From Chloroflexota bacterium (GTDB lineage: Bacteria > Chloroflexota > UBA11872 > VXOZ01): a DNA stretch of 64,000 nucleotides. Where the stretch lies: assembly GCA_963663275.1 (NCBI GenBank), contig OY760183.1, positions 2,688,001 through 2,752,000 on the forward strand, read 5' to 3'. Position 1 is the stretch's first letter. Each line of letters opens with the position of its first letter. Of this stretch, positions 17,190 through 26,652 are shown in pieces. Below the pieces are notes generated by a model. It had not been told where the DNA came from. It ran no database searches and saw only the letters and a list, made by a program, of their open reading frames with translations. A program made the position numbers and the translations under genes.

Positions 17190-17759
17190 CTACTGCTGCG
17201 TTGCCTCTTTCGCCTTGGGCGCCGCGCCGTCGCCGCGCGCTCGCCGCGCGTTGGGTTTAGGACTGAGGTACGTCGAAAGCTGGTTGCCCTCCATGATGGG
17301 CCTTCTTTCCACCACGGCCACGTCCTCCAGCCGCTCCAGCACGCGGCGCAGCACGTCGTGGCCATGCTCCGGATGGGCCATCTGCCGCCGGAGAAAGCGA
17401 ACGAACGCCTTGACCTTGTGGCCTTCCTCCAAGAACTTGCAAATGCGGTCCACACGATAGTCGATATCGTGCTTATCCATCACCGGGCTGAAACGCACCT
17501 CTTTCAATGAGGAAGCGGCGCGATTCTTGCGCGAGTTTCGCTCCTCCTTGGTCTGGCGGTACTTGTACTTGCCGTAGTCCATGAGCCGGCAGACCGGGGG
17601 TGAAGCGTTTGGGGAAACCTCCACCAGGTCCACGCCGCGCTCCTGGGCCAACGCAAGCGCCTGCTCCAGACCGAGTATGCCGATCTGCTCGCCGTCTTCG
17701 TCGATTACGCGAACTTCGCGTGCTCGAATTTCACGGTTATTGCGCGCGTCTTTGACTAT
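17190..17759 (-). CDS. infC: Translation initiation factor IF-3 (ATA start)
   Basis: Extending the track ORF upstream gives IVKDARNNREIRAREVRVIDEDGEQIG...DLVEVSPNASPPVCRLMDYGKYKY. ATA at 17759-17757 follows AGGAGG. Confidence 0.95.
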   Translation of the reverse strand: MVKDARNNREIRAREVRVIDEDGEQIGILGLEQALALAQERGVDLVEVSPNASPPVCRLMDYGKYKYRQTKEERNSRKNRAASSLKEVRFSPVMDKHDIDYRVDRICKFLEEGHKVKAFVRFLRRQMAHPEHGHDVLRRVLERLEDVAVVERRPIMEGNQLSTYLSPKPNARRARGDGAAPKAKEATQQ

Positions 17760-17800
17760 AGCTCATTCCTCCTGGGGTGCTGCGCCTCAAGTCTCGCTGG

Positions 17801-17830
17801 ACTATACCATATTGATATTCCAGGAATCAA
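17801..17830 (-). promoter_or_regulatory. Putative infC promoter
   Basis: Minus strand TTGATT-N18-TATAGT with extended -10 TG. Confidence 0.5.
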
Positions 17831-17843
17831 GACCCGTCCAGCA

Positions 17844-18908
17844 TTAACTCACGCGAATTCGATGGCCGGTTTCTCCGCCCACAGCCGGGCGCGCCGCCTC
17901 GTGCCGGGCCGCAGGCGGTCGGTACTGGACTGCCGTCAGACCGTCGCTCGCCGCGCCGCGCTTCGCTCGCGCCAGCGCCGGTTCCCGCGCCCGGACAGCC
18001 AGCGAGCGCTTCAGCGCCAGTTCGCCCTCGGTCTCGCTAAAGCCGCAATCCAGGAACGCCTGGCATACGTCCGCCGCGTGCGCCGGCGTCCTTGACCAGA
18101 CCGCCGCGCCGCCTCGCTCTCTCGCATGGCGCAGCGCGGTGGCGACCAGGTCTCGCGCCAATTCCCGGCGGCCCAGCGCAACGCCAATCTGAGCGCGCAT
18201 CGTGCCGCCGCCGCCCCGCGATTCCGTGAGCCAGCCCGCCAAGCCGCCTTCATCCTCGACCACCCAGCGGGTTGCCTGAAACGAGAGCCGGGGAACGCCG
18301 CGCCGCAATTGCCAGTCACGAGCCGTAAGCCCTTCCGCCAGGCGCACGTTCTGGGGTGTCGTGCGCAGATAGAGTTGGTGCAGCGGCCAGGCGTCCCGCT
18401 GCTCCTGCAAGCGCAGGCCGGGCACGTCCGGCGCGTTTGCGCTGAACGGAGCGTGCAGCGCAAAGGCGCGCTCCCGCGTCACGACGGCAAACCCCGCCTG
18501 ACGCAAGGGCGCTACGAGACAACTCTCTTCCGGCACGCGCGCGACAACACCCATGATGCGCTGCGCGCCGGCAACGCGGCACACTTCATCGAGTAGCGAC
18601 AAGAGGCGGGCGCTCACCGCGTCGTCCGCGTCGGATGAGTCCCGCCGCAGCCCGGCGACGGCGAGGTACATTACTTCCCACTGGTCTCGGCCGGACTGCC
18701 GCGCCATCTGCGCCACGGCAACGGTCCGCCGTCCTTCCCATACCGCCACCGCGCACGACGCCGGCATGACCGTGCTTAAGAACAACCCCATCGCCGGCGA
18801 CCACGGCGTGTTGGCGGTAACGAGCGACGCTCCCGCCGCGCGCTGCAAGCGCCACGCCCGCAGGATTCGCAGCGGATCGTGCCGTGTAACTTCAGCCGCT
18901 TGAAACAT
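17844..18908 (-). CDS. Hypothetical protein, probable tandem GNAT-like folds
   Basis: Follows pdxT on the same strand; two similar halves with GNAT-like endings LRQAGF and FLDCGF. Confidence 0.65.
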   Translation of the reverse strand: MFQAAEVTRHDPLRILRAWRLQRAAGASLVTANTPWSPAMGLFLSTVMPASCAVAVWEGRRTVAVAQMARQSGRDQWEVMYLAVAGLRRDSSDADDAVSARLLSLLDEVCRVAGAQRIMGVVARVPEESCLVAPLRQAGFAVVTRERAFALHAPFSANAPDVPGLRLQEQRDAWPLHQLYLRTTPQNVRLAEGLTARDWQLRRGVPRLSFQATRWVVEDEGGLAGWLTESRGGGGTMRAQIGVALGRRELARDLVATALRHARERGGAAVWSRTPAHAADVCQAFLDCGFSETEGELALKRSLAVRAREPALARAKRGAASDGLTAVQYRPPAARHEAARPAVGGETGHRIRVS

Positions 18909-18974
18909 GACGTGCCATGATACGCGGTTGCGCCGGCCGCTTTGACGCGCATTCCGCCCGGGTCGTCTGCGGCG

Positions 18975-19562
18975 CTACGCGCTCACCCGCGCGCAGAGCG
19001 TGAGAAAGTACTGGTGCAACCGCCGGTCGGCCACTATCTCCGGATGGAATGCGGTGGCGAGCACGGCGTCCTGTTGTATCGCTACCATGCAGCCATTGGA
19101 GGGCAGGCGGCCCAGCACTTCCACGTCGGGGCCAACGGACTCTACTACCGGCGCGCGAATGAAGACGGCGGGAAACGGATCCCCCTCTATGCACCGCAGG
19201 GGCACGTCGGCCTCGAAACTCTCCACCTGGCTGCCAAAGGCGTTGCGCCGGATGCGCGTATCCATGACTCTCAGCAGGGGCTGTTCATGAACGCCGATGT
19301 CGTTGGCCAAGAGAATCATGCCGGCGCAGGTGCCCCAGGCCGCCATCGCGCCCGCCAGGATGCGCTCGCGAATGGGCTCCACCATGTCGTAGATCACCAT
19401 CAGCTTGCCGATGGTCGTGCTCTCGCCCCCCGGGATGATGAGGCCCCGCACGCCCTCCAGGTCTCGCGGCAACCTGACCTGAGCGGCTTCCACCCCCAGG
19501 TCGCGGAGGGCGTTGACGTGCTCGCGCACGTCGCCCTGCAGCGCCAGCACGCCGACTTTCAT
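18975..19562 (-). CDS. pdxT: Pyridoxal 5'-phosphate synthase glutaminase subunit
   Basis: MKVGVLALQGDVREH, IPGGESTT, GTCAGMILL, RNAFGSQVESFE and FHPE motifs. Confidence 0.97.
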   Translation of the reverse strand: MKVGVLALQGDVREHVNALRDLGVEAAQVRLPRDLEGVRGLIIPGGESTTIGKLMVIYDMVEPIRERILAGAMAAWGTCAGMILLANDIGVHEQPLLRVMDTRIRRNAFGSQVESFEADVPLRCIEGDPFPAVFIRAPVVESVGPDVEVLGRLPSNGCMVAIQQDAVLATAFHPEIVADRRLHQYFLTLCARVSA

Positions 19563-19569
19563 GCCGCCT

Positions 19570-20451
19570 CTACCACCCTCGCACCGCGAGCAACTCTTCA
19601 CTGGGCATAGAGCGCACGTCCATGCCCGACATCGGCTCGCCCAAGCCGCGCGAGACTTCGGCGACGATCTGCGCATCCTGATAGTGGGTAGTCGCCTTGA
19701 CGATGGCGGCGGCCCGGATTGCCGGGTCTTCCGACTTGAAGATGCCGGAACCCACGAAGTTGCCGTCGCAGCCGAGTTGCATCATGAGTGCCGCGTCGGC
19801 CGGCGTGGCGATGCCTCCCGCCGAAAAATTGACAACGGGCAAAGCGCCGCGTTCCGCCACTTCCACCACCAGCGCGTGCGGCGCGCCCAGCTCTTTCGCC
19901 TCCGCCATGAGTTCTTCCGGGCGCATGTTCTGCAGGCGGCGAATTGCGCCGCCTACGGCGCGGATGTGCCGCACGGCTTCCACCACGTTGCCCGTGCCGG
20001 CCTCGCCCTTGGTGCGGATCATGGCCGCGCCCTCGCCGATGCGGCGCAGGGCCTCGCCCAGGTCGCGCGCGCCGCACACGAAGGGAATCGTAAAGGCATT
20101 CTTCTCGATGTGATGCTCTTCGTCGGCCGGCGTAAGCACTTCCGATTCGTCGATGTAGTCAATGCCCAACGCCTCGAGCACCTGCGCCTCCACGAAGTGG
20201 CCGATGCGGCACTTGGCCATGACGGGAATGGTGACCGCGTGCTTGATCTGCGTAACCAGTTCGGGGTCCGACATGCGCGCAACGCCGCCTTGGGCACGAA
20301 TGTCCGCCGGCACCCGCTCCAGCGCCATCACGGCGACGGCGCCGGCGTCCTCGGCGATGCGCGCCTGCTCAGGCGTGACAACGTCCATGATGACGCCGCC
20401 CTTGAGCATCTGCGCCATGCCGCTTTTCACAAGCCACGTACCCTTTTCCAT
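19570..20451 (-). CDS. pdxS: Pyridoxal 5'-phosphate synthase lyase subunit
   Basis: [32 protein letters not shown] and [16 protein letters not shown] motifs; ends in RGW. Confidence 0.98.
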   Translation of the reverse strand: MEKGTWLVKSGMAQMLKGGVIMDVVTPEQARIAEDAGAVAVMALERVPADIRAQGGVARMSDPELVTQIKHAVTIPVMAKCRIGHFVEAQVLEALGIDYIDESEVLTPADEEHHIEKNAFTIPFVCGARDLGEALRRIGEGAAMIRTKGEAGTGNVVEAVRHIRAVGGAIRRLQNMRPEELMAEAKELGAPHALVVEVAERGALPVVNFSAGGIATPADAALMMQLGCDGNFVGSGIFKSEDPAIRAAAIVKATTHYQDAQIVAEVSRGLGEPMSGMDVRSMPSEELLAVRGW

Positions 20452-20724
20452 AGTCTCCGCCTTTAGGTGTGCTATGCCTTACCCACGTGCCTGACCGTTC
20501 ATTCACCAATGGTACCTGCCAATGACCGACTCGGCAAGAGGGGAGCGTTTTTCCGCCGCATACGCGGATTGCCGAACTGCCGCGGCCGCGACTCCGCTTC
20601 CCGCCGCCGGTTGTCATGCGGGTTTACAGGTTTGATAGTGAGTATTGCATCTGGTATAGTGATGCGCCAGTAGCAGCGGCGTAGCGCAGGTGGCGCGGCC
20701 GGTAGATGAGTTGCGGGGATACCA

Positions 20725-22803
20725 GTGCTGACCGTACAGATGGGCCAAGCTGCGTTGGTTGGCAACCGGCGCCAATCGACCAGCCCATGGGCGCACACCT
20801 TCCAGGATGCCTCTTCGGATGAAGACCGAGGCGCTCTCTATCTGAACCTGGAGGGTGTGGACGAAGAAATGGCGCGCGCCATTGCGCAGGAAATCGCGCG
20901 CGTCTACTTCGAGAACGTCACCGTAAGCACGGAAACCGCCCTGCTGCGCAGCGTACGCCACGCCTACCGCCAACTCTACGACGCCCGCGCCGCGGAATCC
21001 CTTGGCGACGTGGGCATCACCGCCGTCGTCATACTCGACGATCGCGCTTCGATCGCGCAGGTGCTGCCCACGCAGTTCTATCTGATACAAGACGACGAGA
21101 TTACCGCCCTGCCCGATGCGCAAGATCGCCTGAGCGGGCCCGCGTCCCCGCCGCAGTCGCCGTCGTCGGCCACCGAGGGCCGCTATCCCCAGTGGGAGCC
21201 TCCGGTAGGGCTGTTTCGCGCGTCTCCCAGCGCCCAGGACATTGCCGCGCTCTGCACCGACAACATCGGCGCCGTGCTGAGCGCAAGCGAAATTCAAGAC
21301 GTCGTTGGCCGCGGCAGTATCCAATCGGCGGCGGAAAACCTGGTCGATACCGCGCGGCAGCGCGGCGAAGAGACTGCCTCGGTTCTCCTGCTGCGCTTCG
21401 TCGCGGTCAGGGAGAGGGTGGAAACGACGGAAGAAGCGCCTGAGACCGCTGCGGAATCGGCGTTCGCGGCGCAGCCGGAGCCTGCAGCGCAGCCGGAGTC
21501 CGCAGCGGATGCGGCGCAAGCGCCAACCCAGTCCAAACCCCGGCGGAGCGGCAATCCACTCGTCACGTTCTTGGGATTGCTGCTTGCCCTCGTGCTGCTC
21601 GCGTGGTCTACCATCGCCTCGCTCTTTCGTCCACGCGGCCGGCGCTCCGAATCTCTGCCCGGCGGCGCGTCCGGCCCGGCGACGGAGTCGACGATACCGA
21701 CGCGCGGCGGACCCGGCCAGGACCGCCGCCAGCGGATTAGCCGGCTTGTCGCCGGCGGCGCCGTCATTCTTCTCCTGATCGCCCTTGTCATCGCGGCAAA
21801 CGCGCTCTTTGGAGAGCAGGACCCGGCCGTCAGCGTGACTGAAGACCCCACCGCCACGCCTCAAGCGCAGGCCACGGCCACGCCGACCCAGGCGGCCGCC
21901 GCCGCTTCGCCCGCGCCGGCGGAGTCAACCCCGGAGGCAACGCCGGAACCGCCCGCCGCGGCCGCTCCGGGCAGCGTGCAACTCACCGCGTCGCAGGACC
22001 TGGTGCGGTTCGATCCAACCGTGCAGCAACCGGGCGAAATCTACGGGCTGGATAACACCGTCTACGTTATCGACCGCGCCAGCGGCGCGGTGTATCGCGT
22101 CGGCTCGGACGGCAGCAACGAAATCGCCTATCAGCCGGACGCCGCCACCGGCAGCGCCGCCAGGCACGTCACGGGCAGAGAGGGCGTTATCCAAATTCTC
22201 GATACCGACAACCGGCTCTTCCACGTCACCAACGAAGCGGCGCCGCAACTCGTGGAGTTGCCCGTTGGCTCGGTGGAGCAGCCGCGCTCGACCGCCACGT
22301 ACGACGAGAATTTCTACGTCCTCGACACGGCCGCCAACGACGTGCTGCGCTTCCGGCCGGTTGGCAGCGGCGTCTATAGCGAGCCCGAAGGGTACTTTGG
22401 CGTCAACAGCGGGGTGGATCTGGCGCAAGCGACGGACCTTGCCATCGACGGTTCCGTGTACATCCTCTTCAGCGACGGCACCGTCAATCGCTATATAGGG
22501 GGCGCGCGCGCCGACTTTTCCCTGGCGACGCTGCCGTCACCCGTGGGCGTCCCCGGCGTGATATTCATCAGCCAGGGCATGGGTTCGCTCTACATCCTGG
22601 ACGGGGATAACGGCCGGATTGTCCAAGTGACCACCGAAGGCGTCTACCAGCGGCAATTCCTGGCGCCGGACGGCGTCATCTCCAACACGTTGGATCTGTA
22701 CGTCAATGAAGATGAGACGTCACTCTGGCTCGTCAGCCCCACCGGCGTGACCCGCTACCCGCTGCCGACCCTGCCGGAGGACGCGCCCCGCTCGCCTGAG
22801 TAA
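20725..22803 (+). CDS. Membrane protein: degenerate PP2C-like N-terminal domain, TM segments, P/T/A linker, C-terminal NHL-like beta-propeller
   Basis: ALCTDNIG...AAENLVDTARQRG resembles the PP2C C-terminus. Two hydrophobic stretches; repeats such as FYVLD, DLAIDGSVYIL and LYILDGDNGRIV. Confidence 0.75.
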   Translation: MLTVQMGQAALVGNRRQSTSPWAHTFQDASSDEDRGALYLNLEGVDEEMARAIAQEIARVYFENVTVSTETALLRSVRHAYRQLYDARAAESLGDVGITAVVILDDRASIAQVLPTQFYLIQDDEITALPDAQDRLSGPASPPQSPSSATEGRYPQWEPPVGLFRASPSAQDIAALCTDNIGAVLSASEIQDVVGRGSIQSAAENLVDTARQRGEETASVLLLRFVAVRERVETTEEAPETAAESAFAAQPEPAAQPESAADAAQAPTQSKPRRSGNPLVTFLGLLLALVLLAWSTIASLFRPRGRRSESLPGGASGPATESTIPTRGGPGQDRRQRISRLVAGGAVILLLIALVIAANALFGEQDPAVSVTEDPTATPQAQATATPTQAAAAASPAPAESTPEATPEPPAAAAPGSVQLTASQDLVRFDPTVQQPGEIYGLDNTVYVIDRASGAVYRVGSDGSNEIAYQPDAATGSAARHVTGREGVIQILDTDNRLFHVTNEAAPQLVELPVGSVEQPRSTATYDENFYVLDTAANDVLRFRPVGSGVYSEPEGYFGVNSGVDLAQATDLAIDGSVYILFSDGTVNRYIGGARADFSLATLPSPVGVPGVIFISQGMGSLYILDGDNGRIVQVTTEGVYQRQFLAPDGVISNTLDLYVNEDETSLWLVSPTGVTRYPLPTLPEDAPRSPE

Positions 22804-22944
22804 GCGCGCGAGACACTCACGGCTTGTTCCCCTGCGGTCTACGCCGCCGTGGTTTCATGTTGTTCGCACCAGCCGTTCCCCGCTTGCCGCGCCTCTCCGC
22901 CGCTGCGCCCGGAGGCCATGGCGTGACTCCATGCTCATGAAGGG

Positions 22945-23105
22945 CTGACAGCGGTATGTAAGTGTCATTCCGAGCGGAGCGTCGCACAGGGTTCGTGGAA
23001 TTTAGAGATGTAGATTTTGCAGTGTGGCGCCTTAGATTCCTCTCTCCGCTGCGCTCCGCTCGGAATGACACGGGAAATCGCAAATAGAGTACATACCCCT
23101 ATCAG
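22945..23105. mobile_element. MITE type B (161 bp) carrying a family A REP doublet
   Basis: TIR CTGACAGCGGTATGTA / TACATACCCCTATCAG (14/16). Exact 11-bp TSD CTCATGAAGGG at 22934-22944 and 23106-23116. Confidence 0.85.
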
Positions 23106-23178
23106 CTCATGAAGGGAGGAAAGTTGGGATGGGAGTGATACGAATTGACAGTATGCTATCTTCAGTTTCAAACGAAGT

Positions 23179-23207
23179 CTGGATTCCGGGTTTCGCCGGA
23201 ATGACAG
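23179..23207. repeat. Family E REP-like hairpin (GGATTCCGGnnTTCnCCGGAATGAC)
   Basis: Related copy at 39899-39927. Confidence 0.75.
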
Positions 23208-23381
23208 CGCTGGGCCAGGGCCTCGCCCGGATGTGCGAGAATGAGGAGAGACGCCGGCGTCCGCGTCTGAGCCGGCTGAAGACGGCGGACTGCCTGCCGG
23301 AGACTGCGGCTTGCGGGGCGGGCCGCGGACGGCGGTCGCAATGGCGAAGAAGCGGCAAGGCTGCGCGAAGGCGGATGAAGC

Positions 23382-24659
23382 ATGTTCTACGATGAAGCGC
23401 AGATTTTCGTGAAAGGCGGCAAGGGCGGCGACGGCATGGCCCACTTCCACCGCGAGAAGTTCCGGCCCCGGGGCGGGCCAGACGGCGGTGACGGCGGGCG
23501 CGGCGGCAGCGTCTACCTGGCGGTCGATCCCAGCCTGAACAGCCTCCTCTTCCTGCACCGCGCGCATCGCTTCGTGGCGGAGCCGGGCAAGCCGGGCGCC
23601 GCCAACCGCAAGCAGGGCGCCGCCGGCAAGGACGTCGAGGCCATGGTGCCGCCCGGCACCGTCGTCACCGACGCGGCCTCCGGCCAGGTCATCGCGGACC
23701 TGCGCGGCCCCGGCGACCGCGTGTTGGCGGCGCGGGGCGGCCGGGGCGGGCTTGGCAACGTGCACTTTGCCACCTCAACCCGCCAAGCGCCTAACTTTGC
23801 CCAAAAAGGCGAACCCCCCGAGGAACGCCGGCTCGACCTGGAACTGCAACTCATTGCCGACGTGGGCATCGTCGGCCTGCCCAACGCCGGCAAGTCGTCG
23901 CTCCTGGCGCGCATCAGCGCGGCGCGGCCCAGAGTCGCGCCGTATCCCTTCACCACGCTGCAACCGGAACTTGGCGTGGTGCAACGCGGCGCGGCTACCC
24001 TCGTCTTCGCCGACATTCCCGGCCTCATCGAGGGCGCGCACAGCGGCGCCGGGCTGGGTCACACCTTCCTGCGCCACATTCGCCGCACGCGCCTGCTGGC
24101 GCACCTCGTCGATTGCGCATCGCTGGAGGGCAACGACCCCGTGGCGGCCTTTCACCAGGTGAACGCGGAACTGCGGCAATTCGACCCGACGCTCCTGGAC
24201 CGGCCGCAGATCGTGGCGCTCAACAAGCTGGACGTTACCGAGGCGCGGGAGCGATTCGCCGCCGCCAAAGCCGCAATCGAGTCGGCAGGCTACCCCGTGG
24301 TCGGCATTTCGGCGGTTTCCGGACAGGGCATCGATGAACTTATCGGCGCGGTCTTCCACACGCACGCCGAAACGCCGCTCCCGCAGGCCGAACCCGCGGC
24401 GGTTGCCGTTCCCCGCGTGGCGGTTCCCATCTCCGACGACTTTGCGGTTACGCGCCGGGGAGACGCCTACGTGGTCACCGGCAAGGCGGCGGAACGCCTG
24501 GCCGCCATGGCCGATCTCTCCAGCCTGGACGGCGTCTTCTACTTCCAACAGCGGCTCGACCGCATGGGCGTCACCGCCGCGCTGGAGAACGCCGGCGCGC
24601 AAGCCGGCAGCACCGTAATAATTGGCTCGCTGGAGCTTGAGTGGCAGGCCGAAGCCTAG
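23382..24659 (+). CDS. obgE: GTPase ObgE/CgtA with C-terminal extension
   Basis: REKFRPRGGPDGGDGGRGG, GLPNAGKSS, YPFTTL, DIPGLIEGA and NKLD motifs. Confidence 0.97.
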   Translation: MFYDEAQIFVKGGKGGDGMAHFHREKFRPRGGPDGGDGGRGGSVYLAVDPSLNSLLFLHRAHRFVAEPGKPGAANRKQGAAGKDVEAMVPPGTVVTDAASGQVIADLRGPGDRVLAARGGRGGLGNVHFATSTRQAPNFAQKGEPPEERRLDLELQLIADVGIVGLPNAGKSSLLARISAARPRVAPYPFTTLQPELGVVQRGAATLVFADIPGLIEGAHSGAGLGHTFLRHIRRTRLLAHLVDCASLEGNDPVAAFHQVNAELRQFDPTLLDRPQIVALNKLDVTEARERFAAAKAAIESAGYPVVGISAVSGQGIDELIGAVFHTHAETPLPQAEPAAVAVPRVAVPISDDFAVTRRGDAYVVTGKAAERLAAMADLSSLDGVFYFQQRLDRMGVTAALENAGAQAGSTVIIGSLELEWQAEA

Positions 24660-24695
24660 CCCATTTGCCGTGCCGGACCCGATCGGGGCGAAATC

Positions 24696-24724
24696 TTGAA
24701 GAACTGCCCCGCTCCTCGTACAAT
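24696..24724 (+). promoter_or_regulatory. Putative sigma70 promoter of the response regulator
   Basis: TTGAAG-N17-TACAAT. Confidence 0.6.
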
Positions 24725-24796
24725 AGAAAGCTGAAATCACATTAATTCGCTAATCCGACCGGCAAGGATGAGTGTTGCAGCAAGGAAGGAACACCG

Positions 24797-25183
24797 ATGG
24801 CAAATGACCTCGACAGCAAGAAAGTCGTAATCCTGGAAGACGATCCCGATCTCATCGACGCGATCGAGCGCCGCCTGCGCGACCACGGCTACCACTCGAT
24901 CCTCATGCGCCAGACTCGGGACATCATCAAGTTCCTGAAGGCCGAGAAGCCCAAGACCATGATCATGGACGTGGCCCTGCCCGACGCCGACGGCATCGCC
25001 CTGCTGCAGGAAATCAAGGGCGACTGGGAAGCGAAGAAGACCCACGTCATCGTGATGTCCAACTACTCGACGCGGGTCAACTACAAGGTCCGGGACGAGG
25101 TGGAAGAGATCTTCCAGAAGCCCTTCGACGTGGAGACGCTGCTGGAGTCCGTGGACCGGGTAGCGGCCATGGATGACAAGTAG
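24797..25183 (+). CDS. Single-domain response regulator (receiver only)
   Basis: ILEDD, IMDVALPDADG (phospho-Asp), VIVMS and QKPF motifs; SD AAGGA. Confidence 0.9.
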   Translation: MANDLDSKKVVILEDDPDLIDAIERRLRDHGYHSILMRQTRDIIKFLKAEKPKTMIMDVALPDADGIALLQEIKGDWEAKKTHVIVMSNYSTRVNYKVRDEVEEIFQKPFDVETLLESVDRVAAMDDK

Positions 25184-25297
25184 GCTGAGAGTGTCTGGGT
25201 TCTTGGGGCGAATGCGGGGTGTTGCGGTTCGCGATGATTACGGTGAAGGCGCAACGCCCTTTGCTGCGTGAGCAGGCGCCGTCGCTCACGCTGTGAT

Positions 25298-26281
25298 TCA
25301 GTCCTTCAAGAGGCGTTCTAACTCCGCGCCGCCTTGCCCCTGAGCGCGCAGGAACCCGGCTACCGTCTGGCAATCCGGCGCGCCGTCAATCGGCCCGGTC
25401 ACCGTCACGGACAATGCCCCGGCCGCGTTTGCCCAGCGCGCCGCCGTTTCCAGTGTGGCGCCGCGCTCCAGCGCCCACAGGAAGGCGGCGTCGAACGTGT
25501 CGCCGGCCCCGGTGGCGTCAACCTCATCTACCGAATATGAGGCCACTTTCGTCGCGACGGCGCCGCTGTACACCGTGCACCCGGCCGCGCCTTGCTTCAG
25601 CACGACGGCTTCATTCTGCGGCGCTTTGCGCAGGATGGCGCACGCCGTATCGGGGGTGGGAGCGCCCGCAATCAACTGGGCCTCTTCACCGCTGGGAAAG
25701 ACCACGCTCGCCAGATCGAGTATCGGGCCAACCAGGGCCCGGATTTGCTCCGGCGGGGCCAACTCCGCGCGGATGTTCGGGTCCAGGCTGACGCGCCCGC
25801 CGGACTCGCGCACCAGCCGCGCCACCAGAATGCAGTATTTCCACCAGGCGTCGTTCATGGCCAGGCACGAGCCGTTGACGTGCGCCCAGGCCACCTGCCG
25901 TAGGAACGCCGGCGGCGGCAGCGGCGGCGGCAATCCGGCGGCCCCGTTGCGCATGTGGAAGAAGAATGAGCGCGTCCCGTCCGGGTGATTGACGACGAAC
26001 GACGCGGACGTGGGCAGCGCTTCCGTACGCGCGAGGCCGCTCCGCTCCACGCCCTCACTGGCGAGAAAGCCGCTAATAGAGTCCCCAAACGCGTCGTCGC
26101 CGACCGTGCCCAGAAAGGCGCTGCGCCCGCCCAAGCGCGCCGCCGCCGTGGCAAAGATCAGGGGCGCGCCGCTGGCAAACGGGCCGCGATACGTTCCCGC
26201 CGCCGTCAAGGGCGCGTGCGCGCCCACCTGCGCGAACTCGGCCAGCGCCTCGCCCATGCCCAAAATCACGTTCCGCGCCAC
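25298..26281 (-). CDS. PfkB family sugar kinase (tagatose-kinase-like)
   Basis: GPFASGAPLIF, GTVGDDAFG, LDPNIR and VDATGAGDTF motifs. Confidence 0.92.
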   Translation of the reverse strand: MARNVILGMGEALAEFAQVGAHAPLTAAGTYRGPFASGAPLIFATAAARLGGRSAFLGTVGDDAFGDSISGFLASEGVERSGLARTEALPTSASFVVNHPDGTRSFFFHMRNGAAGLPPPLPPPAFLRQVAWAHVNGSCLAMNDAWWKYCILVARLVRESGGRVSLDPNIRAELAPPEQIRALVGPILDLASVVFPSGEEAQLIAGAPTPDTACAILRKAPQNEAVVLKQGAAGCTVYSGAVATKVASYSVDEVDATGAGDTFDAAFLWALERGATLETAARWANAAGALSVTVTGPIDGAPDCQTVAGFLRAQGQGGAELERLLKD

Positions 26282-26441
26282 AACGCGCCTCCCGTTGGCT
26301 TCTGCCGGACTACTCTATCCCACAGTATACTGGCAGGCAGGAGGAAATAGCACCGGCGCCGACAAACCCCCGGCCATCGCGACGCGCCGGCCTCGGCTCA
26401 TGCTCTCGCATGAAAACCCCCGTAGTGCGGGGGCTTGTCCC

Positions 26442-26603
26442 CAATACTGTCGCATTAACGTAGCGCGGGGGCTTGTCCCCCGCCGGAACAAGAAAAATGA
26501 GAACGGAATGGATTGACCTTACGGAAGACGCAGGTTACAAACCTGCGCTACCGGAGAAACGAGCGTTGTTTTCACTCTCATTGTGTTTAATGCGACAGCA
26601 TTG
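26442..26603 (+). mobile_element. MITE type A (162 bp), IS4-like ends, carrying an inverted B+C REP doublet, inserted in a family B REP
   Basis: TIR CAATACTGTCGCATTAA / TTAATGCGACAGCATTG (16/17). 11-bp TSD GGGCTTGTCCC at 26431-26441 and 26604-26614. Confidence 0.88.
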
Positions 26604-26652
26604 GGGCTTGTCCCCCGCTCCTCCGCATGGCCGTAGCACGGACCCTTGTCCC

